A DNA stretch of 63,212 nt, counting the filler, from Octopus bimaculoides (taxonomy: Eukaryota): assembly GCF_001194135.2 (NCBI RefSeq). It is 6 parts of 6 records of this genome, joined end to end, with 100 filler letters (N's around TTAATTAATTAA, not from the genome) between each part and the next. Parts side by side here need not be neighbours in the genome. Positions count along the whole stretch, not along the records: positions 1 to 21,683 come from NC_068997.1; positions 21,784 to 42,350 come from NC_069002.1; 4 more parts are not named here. One strand, written 5' to 3'. Numbering within the stretch: position 1 is the stretch's first letter; each line of letters begins with the position of its first letter. The notes beneath the pieces were generated by a model, which did not search any database, was not told where the DNA came from, and saw nothing but the letters and a program-made list of their open reading frames with translations. Made by a program: the position numbers and the translations under genes. Below are positions 12,313 through 25,178 of this stretch, in pieces.

Positions 12313-13109
12313 TGCAATCACTCAAACAGATTATGAATATATTCACCCAGTCGTTTCTTCTAACTTTGAGATATTATGGACATTAATCCACTACATTATA
12401 CTAATAATGTTGGTTAATAATTCAAAGAATGACAGGTGTAGCCATGAAAAGTCGTTAAATGATGTAACTTAGAAAATAAATTTTATATAAGGCATTGTAA
12501 GAGGCATAACAGTCAAATCATTAATCTGTTCCACAGTAAACTACTGAATCACAACTATCACAAACTTTGGTCTGATGTTCATTATACTCAAAGCTTAGAT
12601 ACTATTAAGTTTAAGATTTTGTGGTCATGACTACATTCAAGTTGAGATACTTCAAGTTGTATCTAAATTGAAGTTGAGCATCATCTTTGCTCAGTTGTCC
12701 CTTACACATATAATGTAGATGGCAAAACCACCAAACACATGAAACTAATATCTAAATTTTGACAAGATCTTTCAGATTAACAAATTTGCAGAATGGACCA
12801 ATCTTATGGTACTGATGTTTTCAGTGATATGGTTTTGGCCTTCAGTTTTATTAAACTGAGTGGATGTGAAATTACACAAACATTGCTGATTTGTATTCAA
12901 GCATATAGCATGATATTCAACAAGATATAAAATAGTTCCAGGTGCTTCTTCCATGTCTATTAAATGCCTACAATAACATAAGAATGTCTAATCATACAAC
13001 AATGCATTGCATTTCAGCAAAGTACTTATATATAGAAATGGGAAATGGGATTGTAAGAGCTTTTGCTAAGCTCTCAGCACAGTCACACATCAGCTATTTG
13101 AAAACTCAC

Positions 13110-14322
13110 CAGTAATTTTTCTTTTTTTCTTGTTGACAGTTTCATATTCCAAATCAATGAAGTTGAGTTTATCCTTAAACATTTTCTCATACACCTTGTT
13201 GTCTGCAATAACTGGAAAATCTTGTAAACTGACCAGTTTATTTTTCTCAGTTGGAAATATATTCTCACCTTGGAGTATTTCAAAAAGTTTTCTTTTCTGC
13301 TGTTCTATAATTTCCAAGAGTTCTGGTTTCTTTGACATATTACATAATTGTATTTTCTCTCCTATCAAAAAAAATAGTTCCATCATGTTTTGCAAACCAT
13401 CTTCATCCAAGTATGATAAAACTTGAATAAGCTCCCCATAATCTTGCAGATGGGGGAATCTAGATATCCGAACTGTATCAAAGAAAAACTCTTCTAAGTC
13501 CTGGTAGAAATTTTGAATCCCACTCTTCAGGCTACAGTTTTTCTTGTATGTTTTAAGCAAGTCCTTGTGTTTCTCAATTAATCCTGTGCTATCATTCCAC
13601 CAGATTTCTTCTCTTTTGTACATTTGGCCCACCACATAGTCACATTTTAAGTTGCTATTACTACTGGGTACAAAGATCACAGGTTTATGTAGGAAAATAT
13701 TCTTCACTTCATCATTGGTGAGGTGTTTTGACAAATAAGTGTAAATAGATTTCATATGTTTCAGTGATCCACAGAATTCAACTTTGTCAGAGTCATTGGA
13801 ACGTTCTCCCCACTTGATAAGAAGACTGCTGATGTGTTGGGGATTGGTACTAGTCTTAATACTGAGAAATTTACAGAAAGAGGCACTAAATAATTTAATC
13901 CTTGAATAAGAAGCAGTATGACCAAGCAAGTGCTTTAGATTATCTGAGTTCAGATACAAGCTGTTAGACACCTGCTCAGAAAATCTCTTGCTAACTTTTA
14001 CAGTGCCATTATTGTTTTCAAGTTTTAATTCTTCTGCTGGTAACCAAGGTAATGTTTGTAAATTTATAGCAAAAGAGGTAGGTATTTCTTTGAGGATATG
14101 GTCATCATTTGACTTGACAGTTGTTGTGGTATATTTAGAATATTCTGCATCCCAAAGCCCATCAATTATCTGGCAGAGAACATCCATCTGTTTGGAGAAT
14201 GTTTCCACATTTCTATTCTGATTTACTAAGGATTCAAATTCCTGGCATGCTAGATCAACAATCACATAATCCCCAGAATAGGCTGGCCAAGTTTCATATA
14301 ATGGTTTCCATGGCAACTGATC
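13110..14322 (-). CDS. NO VEIN-like gene, exon b (1213-nt large exon)
   Basis: ORF 13090..14316. Acceptor tcttttag|GAT CAG TTG (phase 0), donor ACT G|gtgagt (phase 1). Motifs LQTLPWLP, SLYLNSDNLKHLLG, LLIKW..EFCGSLKHMKSIY, KPVIFVP...DYVVGQ...EIWWNDSTG parallel plant NOV F.ASISQM...PFIFVP...DVVSG...EVYWHDSTG (from memory). Confidence 0.9.
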
Positions 14323-15698
14323 CTAAAAGATAACAAATATTTATGAGGTTAATGATTTATTGCAACACTAAAAAGTAGTTACAAATGCTTACAGTGAGTA
14401 GCATTACTATTGTATTACTATTGGGATATTTTTCATTTTTGTAAAAATAAATTGTAACAAAAGTTAACATATATATCTATCTACATAAACATGTATCATT
14501 TTTCTGAAAATTTGTCGATTATTTTCCTATTAACTATTTTTGCTTTTCATTATATTTTATTTTGTTCTAAATTATCTGGTACACTATGCAGTTTCTTGTG
14601 AAGGGGTGTAAAATACAGATTCATACTGATGTAGTTAAAATATAGTTCTATATGGAAACAGTTAAAGTATAGTAACCACAGGAAAGTACTTAAACATAGT
14701 TTCAGAGAGATGAAATAAAATATTATTTCATAGAGGTGGATAAAATATAGCTTCATATCAATGTGCTAAAAAAACAAAAATTCATCTGAAAGTAGTTAAA
14801 ACAAAGTTTCATACAGAATTTCTTAAAATATACTTTTAAAGAGAAGTAGTAAAAATACCATTTGATAAGGATAGTTTGATAGGGAATTAGTAAGTAGTGA
14901 AAATATATTTTTCAAGGGAAGTAGTTAAACATAAGTTTCTTGAAGTTACTCGAGATAAATCCAGTAGGACAACTAGTGGAGCTTTGAGGAGTCTTACAAG
15001 TTTACTTATCACTGCTTAGCACTCTCCCTCTGTAATTTACTTACAGTGAGCTACTGCACCGTACTGCCAGTCACCGTATGGCAACTGGAGAACCAGTCTC
15101 TTCAATCAGCTCGCAGTGCCGCCTACCTGGTGTCCATGACCAAAGAGGAGATAACTACTCCAAAATGCTTGCATCTCACAGTCTGGGTAGGTAGCGCTGA
15201 GAGGTACACAATTATCAACAAACAGGATATATTTTCCATGACAAAACGCAGTGAGTAGCTTCTTCACCGGTTTGAATGTGCCTCAAGCATATTCGGATTG
15301 ATAACATTACAATACTTCTTTGTATCCCATCTACTCTTACAATGTCTCCCACCTATCTTTTTGTTTTGTTTGGGGAGCTGCTACTTTCAACTTTTTCTCT
15401 CCAATTCTTAGATTCCTCCTCATTTATCTTATGCCCAATACTTTTGGCCTTTTTACATTACCTCTTCCTAGATCTTCCCCTTTCACTTTTCACATCACTT
15501 ATTCCATTTCAATTCCTTTATCATTTATTTGCCAAAAGTCTAAGTCAAAAAACTCCCACCTCCTTTCTTTTCTTAATCTCATATAAAGGACAAAAGCAAG
15601 AAACAGATTCTACACTCTTTGCAACTAGTTAACTAAGCAAACTTTCCTATGGACTTTCTAATCAAACAAACAAATAAATAAAGAGAAATGCCACTGAC

Positions 15699-15850
15699 TT
15701 TATTGTCCTGATTGATCTTTATTGTGGTCTCTGTGATGTTGAGCAAGTCAGTGACCTTCAGTTTGCAGAAAAATTCATGCCAGGATAGTTTTTCAGAACT
15801 CTGAGTGGCTCCTTGCAAGTAAATATCAGTAAGAAGGACCCAATCATAAC
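15699..15850 (-). CDS. NO VEIN-like gene, exon a (most 5' exon visible)
   Basis: Acceptor atttcttttgtag|GT (phase 1), donor AAT AAA|gtcagt (phase 0), 152 nt: YDWVLLTDIYLQGATQSSEKLSWHEFFCKLKVTDLLNITETTIKINQDNK. Joins exon b in frame. Confidence 0.85.
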
Positions 15851-16129
15851 CTACAAAAGAAATATATTTAGAGACTAAACTGCTTACATTGAGGGGTCGG
15901 ACATATGTACATTTATGGGATTGTGTAAATGTCGCTAAAGATATATGCATTAATTTATACAACATAAACATACATATACACAGACTGAACCAGGCATACA
16001 AGATGCCACCCTTCCCGTGCATGCATGAAAATTTTTGCATTAGTCGACAGCTTCAGTTCCCAGCTGTTCCACCTCGAATACAGACATGTAGTGTGTACTC
16101 ACTGGATTTTCATTTTCATGCAAGATAAT

Positions 16130-16585
16130 GCATCAAGCAGAGACCATAAACCCATGTCTCATCACTTGTGATGATGCTCTTTATGAACTCTGAGTCATGG
16201 TTTGTACAGTCCAACATGTACAGAGCAATTTCCATGCAGAGTTGTTCCTGCTGCTCTGCCAGGACCTTGGAGGTGAATTTCGTTGACACTCTCTGCATGC
16301 ACAAATCCTCTGTTGGAATGGAATGCACTGATCTTGAGCTTATTCTCATATAGTGAACAATTTTCTGGATTGTTATACAACAATCTTCCATGACTACTCA
16401 CCAAAGCTTCCCAACTGGATCCTCGTTTTGGCTTGTGGAAGGCCTGCCTGAGGATGCCTCACTTTCCACTTTCCATGTTTGAAGTGGTTGTGCCACTCCT
16501 TGATCCGAGTTTTGTCCATGGCACCATTGCCAAAAGTCTACTGAAGCTTATGGATGGTTTGAGCTTGAGTATCACCAAAACAGGA
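16130..16585 (-). mobile_element. mariner transposase fragment
   Basis: ORF 16116..16391: ITIQKIV...ISSRSVHSIPTEDLCMQRVSTKF...IKSIITSDETWVYG, matching the mariner HTH and the first catalytic-Asp motif ITGDETWVY. Confidence 0.85.
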
Positions 16586-16589
16586 AGCC

Positions 16590-16812
16590 CAATGTATATA
16601 TATGTGTGTGAGTATCTATGTGCCTGTATTTGTCCACCCACTACTGCTTGACAACCACTCTTGTGTTTATGTAACTGAGTGGTCCAACATGATACCAACA
16701 GAATAAGTACCAGGTTTAAAAAACCGCTGAGACTGATTCTTTTGACTAAAAATTTTTCGAGGCAGTGACCCTGCATGGCCACTGTGTAAGGACTGAAACA
16801 AGTAAAAGATAA
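16590..16812 (+). mobile_element. SINE family A, 3' part
   Basis: 'tgtgtgtgag...gacaaccactcttgtg...aacagaataagtaccagg...gcatggccactgtgtaaggactgaaacaagtaaaaga'. Confidence 0.65.
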
Positions 16813-17789
16813 AGGATAAAATATACACTCTTCAGTACTGAATACGAAATAAACCAGAATCAGCAATAAAACAAACATGCAAATTGACTAAAAACTCATT
16901 TCTTGTCTAAATCTGTGGGACTACAAGGAAAGCTTAAAACCCTTTGAATAGGCAAGTATTTGATCTTTGCTGCACAGAACAGTACTTCAGAAGAAAATAT
17001 GTTGATAGTATGTCTGCTGGCTGTGGTTGGGAGGTAAGCAGTAAAATTTCTGCTATCCTCTGCCTTTCAGTTTGACTTTTCAATCTGTTTTTCACACTCC
17101 CTGCTGGAATAGAACAACAGAATACAAAGAAAATAATTTCATTCCTTTTCCAATGATTGAGAGCAAGCATTAAAAAATTCTGGTTTCCTTTGCCTTTCTT
17201 TCATTGACCTCCCACTCCTTTGTTTTTTTGTCTTTCATGCTCTCTGCTCAAAGGGAAGAGGAAAGCAATTAATTCATTGCTTTTTCTTTTTTCATGAAGC
17301 AAACAAGATCTTTTTCTAATTACACTTCTTAAATAATATCGATTGTTTACAATTTATACTAAAAAATGAGAGAATGGGAAATACAAAAATATATCACAAG
17401 TACAATGAGGGTAGTGAAAATTAATAATAATTAATTTTATGTTACACAGAAATGATTTATCCTGGACTAAAAAGGCTTGCATACTTACACCCTTCGTGCC
17501 TGATGTTTATGTGTGTGTATACATAGTTTAATATCAACAAATGAGAAAAACGTGCACAATATGTTGTAGAGGATATGGTTTGTTATTAAAACAAAGCTCT
17601 CAGATTCAGTTTTAATTAAAAAAAAAAAACTGTATTTATACATCTATGTGTGCATAAGCATGTGCCAGTAGGTATGTGTGTATGTATGAAATTATCTTTT
17701 CCCAACATTTGTTCCTTTCTCTCTATCATCCTTTCATTTTTTCTCTCCTTTCCTCCTACAATTACACTTTAGTGGGACAAAAATGAATA

Positions 17790-19260
17790 AAAGGAGGAGG
17801 CATGGAAGTGCTATTATAAAAAGTTACTAAATGTGGAAAATACATGGGAGAAAGAGAGTCTTCCTAATGTGGAAGGAATTACCACTGGAATGCTTAAAAT
17901 ATATGGTGGTGTAGGATATGGCCCAGTCACTCATACAGTTAATCAGGTTGTGCAGGAAGGCATCATACCTAAAGGTTGGTGTAGCAGCTCATAGATCAAC
18001 TGTTACAAAGGTGAAGGAAATGCCTAAGAAAGAATTACAGAGGTATCAAATTACGGGAACATGTTATGAAATTCACTGAAAAAATCATAGCCCAGTTAAT
18101 TAGATGAGATGCAGTTTAGTTTTGATGCTCTCTTTATCATTTGGCAAGTACAGGAGAAGTATTTAGTACAAAGTAAACCACTTTGACCTCATGAAAGACT
18201 TTCACAGGGTCCTCAATCCCTCATCTGGTGGTTGCTATTACAGCTAAGAGTAGATGAATGGCTAGTGAGAGCCATTCAAGCCATGTACAGGGATGCTGTG
18301 AACAAAGTGAGAGTTAACAATGAGTACAGCAACAAATTTAGTGTGCAGGTAGGAATTCACCAGTTGCCTCTTATTTATCATAGACCTCCAGGCTATAATG
18401 GAGGAATTTAAGACTGGATGACAACGAGAACTCATCTATGCTGATGGCCTTGTTCATATGGTTAAAAGTGTAGAAGAATTAGAATTAAAATTCCAACTAT
18501 GAAATCAAAACCTGGAATAAAAGGAGCTTTAAGTTAATTTAGCAAAGGCTAAAATTCTAATTACCAGGAAAACAGGGTGTAGGTAGAAATTTTGTATGGT
18601 TTGCTCAGTGCAAACTATGAATACATAAGAGGTGCTGTAGAATCACAGGAAGGTTAGCAGAGAAAATAGAATCTGTTTTGTGGCAGATATGCAGGAGCAA
18701 TAAATAATAAGAGCACACAAAAAATAGATGTTCTGAAATGCCCAGAAGGCTCCATAGAAGTAATAAATAGTTTCTGATATCTTCAGTGGAGGAGAATGCT
18801 CTGAAAGTATAGTTACTACAATATGAATTACCTGGAAAAGTTTAGAGAACTTTTACCTCTGTTGGTAGTAAAAGGCCTCTCTCTCAAAATGAAACAGAAC
18901 TGCATGATGCCTTTGTAGGAACAATGCTACATGGCTGTAAAACTAGGGTTGTGAATGTAGAAGACATGCAGAGACATGTATGGTCTGATGGATGTGCAAT
19001 TTCAATGTGCATGTGCAACAAAATACAAATGTGTTGAGAGACAAATTGGGCATAAGAGGTATCAGATGAGGTACATAAGGGAGGAGAAAAGACTGTCCTG
19101 GCAGTCTATACCTAGCTCAGTTGAGGGGATCTTCTCTTATAAGTAATTGCAAATCTCACTGGTGTCACATGAAGAGCACCCAGTAAATTCTTTTAAGTGG
19201 TTTGCATTAAGAGGAATATCCAGCTGTAGAAATCATGCCAAAGCAGACATAGAATCTGGC
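17790..19260 (+). mobile_element. Heavily degraded RTE-clade LINE (RT region to 3' tail)
   Basis: Broken frames KKEAWKCYYKKLLNVENTW, EMLK..GGVGY..V...VNQVVQEG.IP..WC, NYRGIKL.EHVMK, 'ctcatctatgctgatg' (LIYAD), ending in the 'tatccagctgtagaaatcatgcc' tail. Confidence 0.7.
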
Positions 19261-21290
19261 AGAGACCTCTTGGCTTGTCTGTTTGAGTAACTTTCAATGC
19301 CAAAGTTTGGTACAAGGCCTTCTAGAATTTTCCAGATGTATATCACTGCATATCTCTCCAGCCTTTGTTCCAGGGAGAAGAGTTTTAATTCTTTCAGTCT
19401 TTCCCAGTAGCTGATACATTGCATCAAGATGATTTTCTTAGTGTAGCTTTGTTGGATTGCTTTAAGTTCCGCTCTGGATTTTTTATTGTATGGTGACCAT
19501 AGTCAGGAGCAATAGTCTAAGCAGCTGGGAATGTATGTCCTCCAAAGTATCATCAATGTCTCCTTTACTCTTGTTTTGAAAGTTCAGAGGATCCATCCAG
19601 CCATCCGTATGCATTTTTTTTTATCAAATTGGTAATATGCACTTGGAAAGATGCATCATTGCTCATGTCAATGCCCAGGTCACGCACTGACCTCCTGGGC
19701 CAGTGTATCCTGTCTGCATATCATTTAGCTTTGTCTGCCGGTAGTGTAGGGTCTGGAATTTTCCTGCATTAAACTGCATGTTGTTGTCCTCAGCCCATCT
19801 GTAAATTGAGTCCAACTCCCGTTGCAGATGTGCAATATTTCCAGGATTTTGTATTGTCTGAAAGATTTTTGTGTCATCTGCATAGCTAGCAAGGGTGGCT
19901 TTCTGAGCAACTGAGGGCATGTCCGAGAGGGCCACTATGAACAGCAGTGGCCCCAAGACAGTGCCCTGTGGAACACCACTTGCTATTTGTGTTTCCTTGG
20001 AAGTGACTCTATTGGCCACTACTGCCTGACGTCTATCCTTTACAAAGTTGTGCAGCCATTCTCCAAGTTTTCCACATATGCCAAGGTCATGCAGTTTGTG
20101 ACATATACCATGGTCAACTTTATCAAAGGCTTTTGCAAAGTTGTGATATATCACATCCACTCTCGAGTCATTCAGCAGCTGTTTTAACACCCAGTCATAG
20201 TGTTGCAGGAACTGTGTCAGACAGCTTTTACCTAGACGAAATCCATGCTGGGTGTCAGTAAGCAAGTCATTTTCTTCTAGGAACATGATTAGTTTCTTGC
20301 GGACTATTTGTTCCATGACTTTACTGACATGTGAGGTCAGAGAGATAGGCTCTGCTTCCTCCCTTATGGATAGGGCATATTATCCCTTCCTTCAGTTTGT
20401 CTGGGAGCTTACCATTTGCATAGAAGCTCTGGAAGAGAAGCTGCAGTGATTTTTTAAGGGCTCGCTTGCATGATTTGAATAGGACTGTTGGAAACACATC
20501 AGGGTCAGCCGCTGAGTTTGTGCCAACCTTATTTATGGCCAGTATTACATCTTCTTCAATGTTTATGTACTCATTTTTTTTAAACCTCCTTGGTTTTAGG
20601 TAATGTGGCAAAGAATTCTGCTGGTTTGTTCACTTGCCTGTGTTCCAGTGGTGTAATGAACACACTTGGGAACTGTTCGTTCAGTATTTCATTTACCCTC
20701 ATGGGGTTTCCTGTGAGAGAGCCATCATTTTGCAAGAGGGGCCCTATCTTGTAGCATACCGAGGCCGTTTCTTTGGCGAACTTAAAGAAAGCTCTAAGAT
20801 TTGGCTTGATATTTTCTATAACCCAAGCTTCTTTATTTGCTCTCTTCTTTTCATGAGACTGATGCAGACGTTTCTCAATCTCCAATAGCATTCTCTCCAG
20901 ACGAGGCTTCTCGCCACGTTTGGGATGCTTGGTCAGGCAGTTCACAATCTTTGTGCATTGTCTCATAAGAATCTTCCTTTCTCTTGGGATCTTGTTTTTG
21001 TGTATGTTGCCCTTGCACAATGGGACAGATTTGTAACATATGGCTTGTATTATGGACATGAAATATTTGTTTCATGTCAATGTCCGGTGTGGAGAGACAT
21101 TTATGCCAATCCACTTTGAGGATCTCTTTCTCAATCAGCTTCCAATTTGTTTGTGAAAGTTTAGTTTGGAGAGATTTTGGGTGCTTTGTATAGGCTGTGT
21201 TTGCAGGAGCTTTTGGTCCATACATAGACAGCTCTATTATATTGCGATCCGAAATCAGCGTCAGTGTCACTTTAACATTATGGATAATGT
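19233..21290 (-). mobile_element. Frameshifted CR1-clade LINE ORF2 (RT)
   Basis: ORF 19663..20316 carries QHGFR.GKSCLTQ, FAKAFDKVDH, SGVPQGTVLGPLLF and YADDTK. Adjacent ORFs continue upstream (PVLFKSCK...ICPIHKGG) and downstream (YWERLKELKLFSLEQRLERY). Confidence 0.9.
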
Positions 21291-21683
21291 AAATATTGTT
21301 TGTCAAATATCCAGTATATTATTTACCCTGGTTGGTTGCAGCACAGTTTGCTCCATGAAAGAGACATTGGTAAGGTGGAGCAGGGACTCTGGCTGTGCTT
21401 GCTGTTGGTGTGTCATTCCTGGGAGAATCTGGCTCCCAGTCCATCTCATGTTTGGAAAATTAAAGTCATATATATATATATACACACACACAAATATATA
21501 AATATATGTACATATATATATATACATATCAATATATGTACATATATATATATACATATATATATATACATATCAATATATGTACATATATATATATACA
21601 TATAAATATGTATATACATATAAATATGTATATACATATAAATATGTATATACATATAAATATGTATATACATATAAATATAT

Positions 21684-21783
21684 NNNNNNNNNNNNNNNNN
21701 NNNNNNNNNNNNNNNNNNNNNNNNNNNTTAATTAATTAANNNNNNNNNNNNNNNNNNNNNNNNNNNNNNNNNNNNNNNNNNNN
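21684..21783. other. Artificial 100-bp scaffold gap containing a TTAATTAATTAA six-frame stop linker (also at 42351-42450, 52390-52489, 58722-58821, 61785-61884)
   Basis: Each is 44 N + ttaattaattaa + 44 N. The identical layout five times indicates an assembly convention for gaps of unknown size. Confidence 0.9.
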
Positions 21784-21785
21784 GA

Positions 21786-21849
<64 letters not shown>

Positions 21850-21957
21850 CGCTTTACAGTAAAACTATGTATGTGTTTTCAAAGGTGTGCATAATTATTT
21901 TTGATGTAGGACAGGAAGCTGTGGAGGCAGTTCATAAACAATGGATAATAATGGGGA

Positions 21958-22033
<76 letters not shown>

Positions 22034-22035
22034 TC
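21784..22035. repeat. (ATT)n and (AAT)n microsatellites
   Basis: (att)n at ~21788-21848 and (aat)n at ~21959-22033. Confidence 0.95.
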
Positions 22036-22388
22036 GTTCGATAATATACCTTGCATAATCACTCTCTGTCTCATAATTGAAGTGTAATATATTTAGATTG
22101 AAATGGAAGTCGCAAAAAGCTTCCAAATTGACAGTGGTTTTATAAAGTAGAAAGGGATATTAGAAAGAAGATGGCCGGATGTAATATTTTCTTGTTAAAG
22201 TGGTTTTCCTGATTGGTTGTCACCAGTGTTTGTTTGGAATGTCTATTAACGGGAATTATTTATGTTATATGATCTGTCAGATATTCTTTGAGTATTTGTT
22301 GCTAAAGTAAGTGGTCCAACAAGCCACCGCCATACTTGCATAGCCAAAATTGATGGGACATGCTGTCGCATATATTTAGCGGAGAAAA

Positions 22389-22422
<34 letters not shown>

Positions 22423-22755
22423 GGTAGATGCATATATGCATGCGTACGTGCTTCCATATTTGCATATTACATGCGTACACACGGAAGCACACATTACATA
22501 CATACGAATATACAAACGTGTCTTTAATGATTTATCGTTTACTTGCTTAGGAAGGGACATCGTCTTCATGGGTTTAGTGGAACAAAAACCAATTCAAAGG
22601 TTTATTTTCAAAGCCTGGTATTTATTCTATCGGTATTTTCATTACCGAACCACTAAATTAGGGAATGTAAATAAACCAACACCAATACTCAAGCGGTGGG
22701 GGTGGGGTAAAATAGAAATAAAAAGGCACACATACACAAGCGAACACACACACAT

Positions 22756-22804
<49 letters not shown>

Positions 22805-22859
22805 TACACACACACATACACACGCACGCACATTCCATAATCCTTTCCTTTTAGTTTTT

Positions 22860-23065
22860 TCATTTGTTTCAGTCATCTGACTGCGGCCATGCTGGAGCAC
22901 CGACTTAAAGGGCTTTCGTCGAAGAAACAGACCCCCAGGTCTTATTCCTTGTAAGCCTAGTACTTATTCTATCGGTCTCTTTTGCCGAAACGCTAAGTTG
23001 TGGAGACATAAACACACGAGCATCGGATGTCAAGCGATGGTAGGACGACAAACACAGACACTCAA

Positions 23066-23090
<25 letters not shown>
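22860..23090 (-). mobile_element. SINE family A, CpG-intact copy (head lost in gap)
   Basis: 'tgtttcagtcatctgactgcggccatgctggagcaccg...tacttattctatcggtctcttttgccgaaacgctaag'. Confidence 0.8.
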
Positions 23091-23100
<10 letters not shown>

Positions 23101-24104
23101 NNNNNNNNNNNNNNNNNNNNNNNNNNNNNNNNNNNNNNNNNNNNNNNNNNNNNNNNNNNNNNNNNNNNNNNNNNNNNNNNNNNNNNNNNNNNNNNNNNNN
23201 NNNNNNNNNNNNNNNNNNNNNNNNNNNNNNNNNNNNNNNNNNNNNNNNNNNNNNNNNNNNNNNNNNNNNNNNNNNNNNNNNNNNNNNNNNNNNNNNNNNN
23301 NNNNNNNNNNNNNNNNNNNNNNNNNNNNNNNNNNNNNNNNNNNNNNNNNNNNNNNNNNNNNNNNNNNNNNNNNNNNNNNNNNNNNNNNNNNNNNNNNNNN
23401 NNNNNNNNNNNNNNNNNNNNNNNNNNNNNNNNNNNNNNNNNNNNNNNNNNNNNNNNNNNNNNNNNNNNNNNNNNNNNNNNNNNNNNNNNNNNNNNNNNNN
23501 NNNNNNNNNNNNNNNNNNNNNNNNNNNNNNNNNNNNNNNNNNNNNNNNNNNNNNNNNNNNNNNNNNNNNNNNNNNNNNNNNNNNNNNNNNNNNNNNNNNN
23601 NNNNNNNNNNNNNNNNNNNNNNNNNNNNNNNNNNNNNNNNNNNNNNNNNNNNNNNNNNNNNNNNNNNNNNNNNNNNNNNNNNNNNNNNNNNNNNNNNNNN
23701 NNNNNNNNNNNNNNNNNNNNNNNNNNNNNNNNNNNNNNNNNNNNNNNNNNNNNNNNNNNNNNNNNNNNNNNNNNNNNNNNNNNNNNNNNNNNNNNNNNNN
23801 NNNNNNNNNNNNNNNNNNNNNNNNNNNNNNNNNNNNNNNNNNNNNNNNNNNNNNNNNNNNNNNNNNNNNNNNNNNNNNNNNNNNNNNNNNNNNNNNNNNN
23901 NNNNNNNNNNNNNNNNNNNNNNNNNNNNNNNNNNNNNNNNNNNNNNNNNNNNNNNNNNNNNNNNNNNNNNNNNNNNNNNNNNNNNNNTATATATATAGTT
24001 AAAAATAACTATAGAAATGAAAAGACGTTAAATTAATAAACAGATGACAGAATAGATAAGAAAAATTACAAAATGAAACGAAAAAATGTTAACATTATAA
24101 TTAA

Positions 24105-24700
24105 GGAGGAAGAAAAAATGAAGACGACGATGTAGAAGAAAAGGATGATAACGATGATGACGACGACGACGACGACGACGACGGTGATGATGACGATGAT
24201 GATGATGAAGAAGAAGAAGAAGAAGAAGAAGAAGAAGAAGAAGAAGAAGAAGAAAAAGAAGAAGGAGGAGAAGAAGAAGAAGAAGAAGAAGAAGAAGAAG
24301 AAGAAGAAGAAGAAGAAGAAGAAGAAGAAGAAGAAGCCAATGAAGGAGGAGGAGGAGGGAAGGAGAAAGTGGAGTAGGAGAAAAAGCAGGAATGGCGGTA
24401 AAAAAGTCAAGACTAGAAAAAAAAGAAGAAATGGCAGAGAAATGAAATGACATGAGATAAGTCGTAAAAGATGAAAGAAATAACGAAGTAGTAGTAGTCG
24501 TAGTAGTGGCTGTGGTGGTAGTATTAGTAATACTAGTGGTACAAAAAGAAGCATAGAAAGAAAGGATGAAGAAGAGAAAATGAAGATGTAGAAGAAAATA
24601 AGGAGGAGGAGGATGGGTAGAAGGGAGAGGTGAAAGGCGAAGCATATGAAGAACGAAGAAAGAATCGGAGACAAATTAAATGGAAAAATCATAACATTTG
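24105..24700. repeat. Compound purine-rich microsatellite: (GAC/GAT)n, (GAA)n, (GGA)n, (GTA)n
   Basis: Read directly. It explains the poly-L, F, S and K ORFs in the track. Confidence 0.95.
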
Positions 24701-24818
24701 ATAGAAGTTTTTGAATAGTCGCTGGCTTAAATGGTTTTTATTTTATTTTGTCACATATTGGTAGTAAAGTATAGGTTAATAGGTGCACACAAAGTAGATA
24801 TGATTTTGTCTATGTGTG

Positions 24819-24903
<85 letters not shown>

Positions 24904-25140
24904 GTGTGTGTGTGTGTGTAACAAAAATGTTTATGTGACACATTGTTATTAAAATATAAGTTAATGGGTGCACATCACATACATATGGTGCATGTATATA
25001 TATGTGTGTATGTGCGTGTGTGTATGGCAATAAATATAAATGTGAACAGAGTTGTATATATAGTGTATATGTATATATATATATATATATATAAATATAT
25101 ATATATGTATGTATGCATGTATTATGTATGTATGTATGTA

Positions 25141-25178
<38 letters not shown>

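Noticed and set aside
12760-12960. Coding-looking stretch in the intron between exons b and c
   Set aside because: Exons b and c already join in phase, and I recognised no homology on either strand.
14950-15400. Higher-GC stretch, possibly a retroelement fragment
   Set aside because: No motif I could assign with confidence; left unannotated.
16934-17170. Candidate upstream NOV-like exon (78-aa minus-strand ORF with a possible acceptor)
   Set aside because: No phase-1 donor and no NOV-like motifs in any frame.
21728-21739. Palindromic TTAATTAATTAA repeated five times (21728, 42395, 52434, 58766, 61829)
   Set aside because: Always centred in 44 N + 12 + 44 N. This is an artificial six-frame stop linker in gaps, not a biological motif or repeat array.
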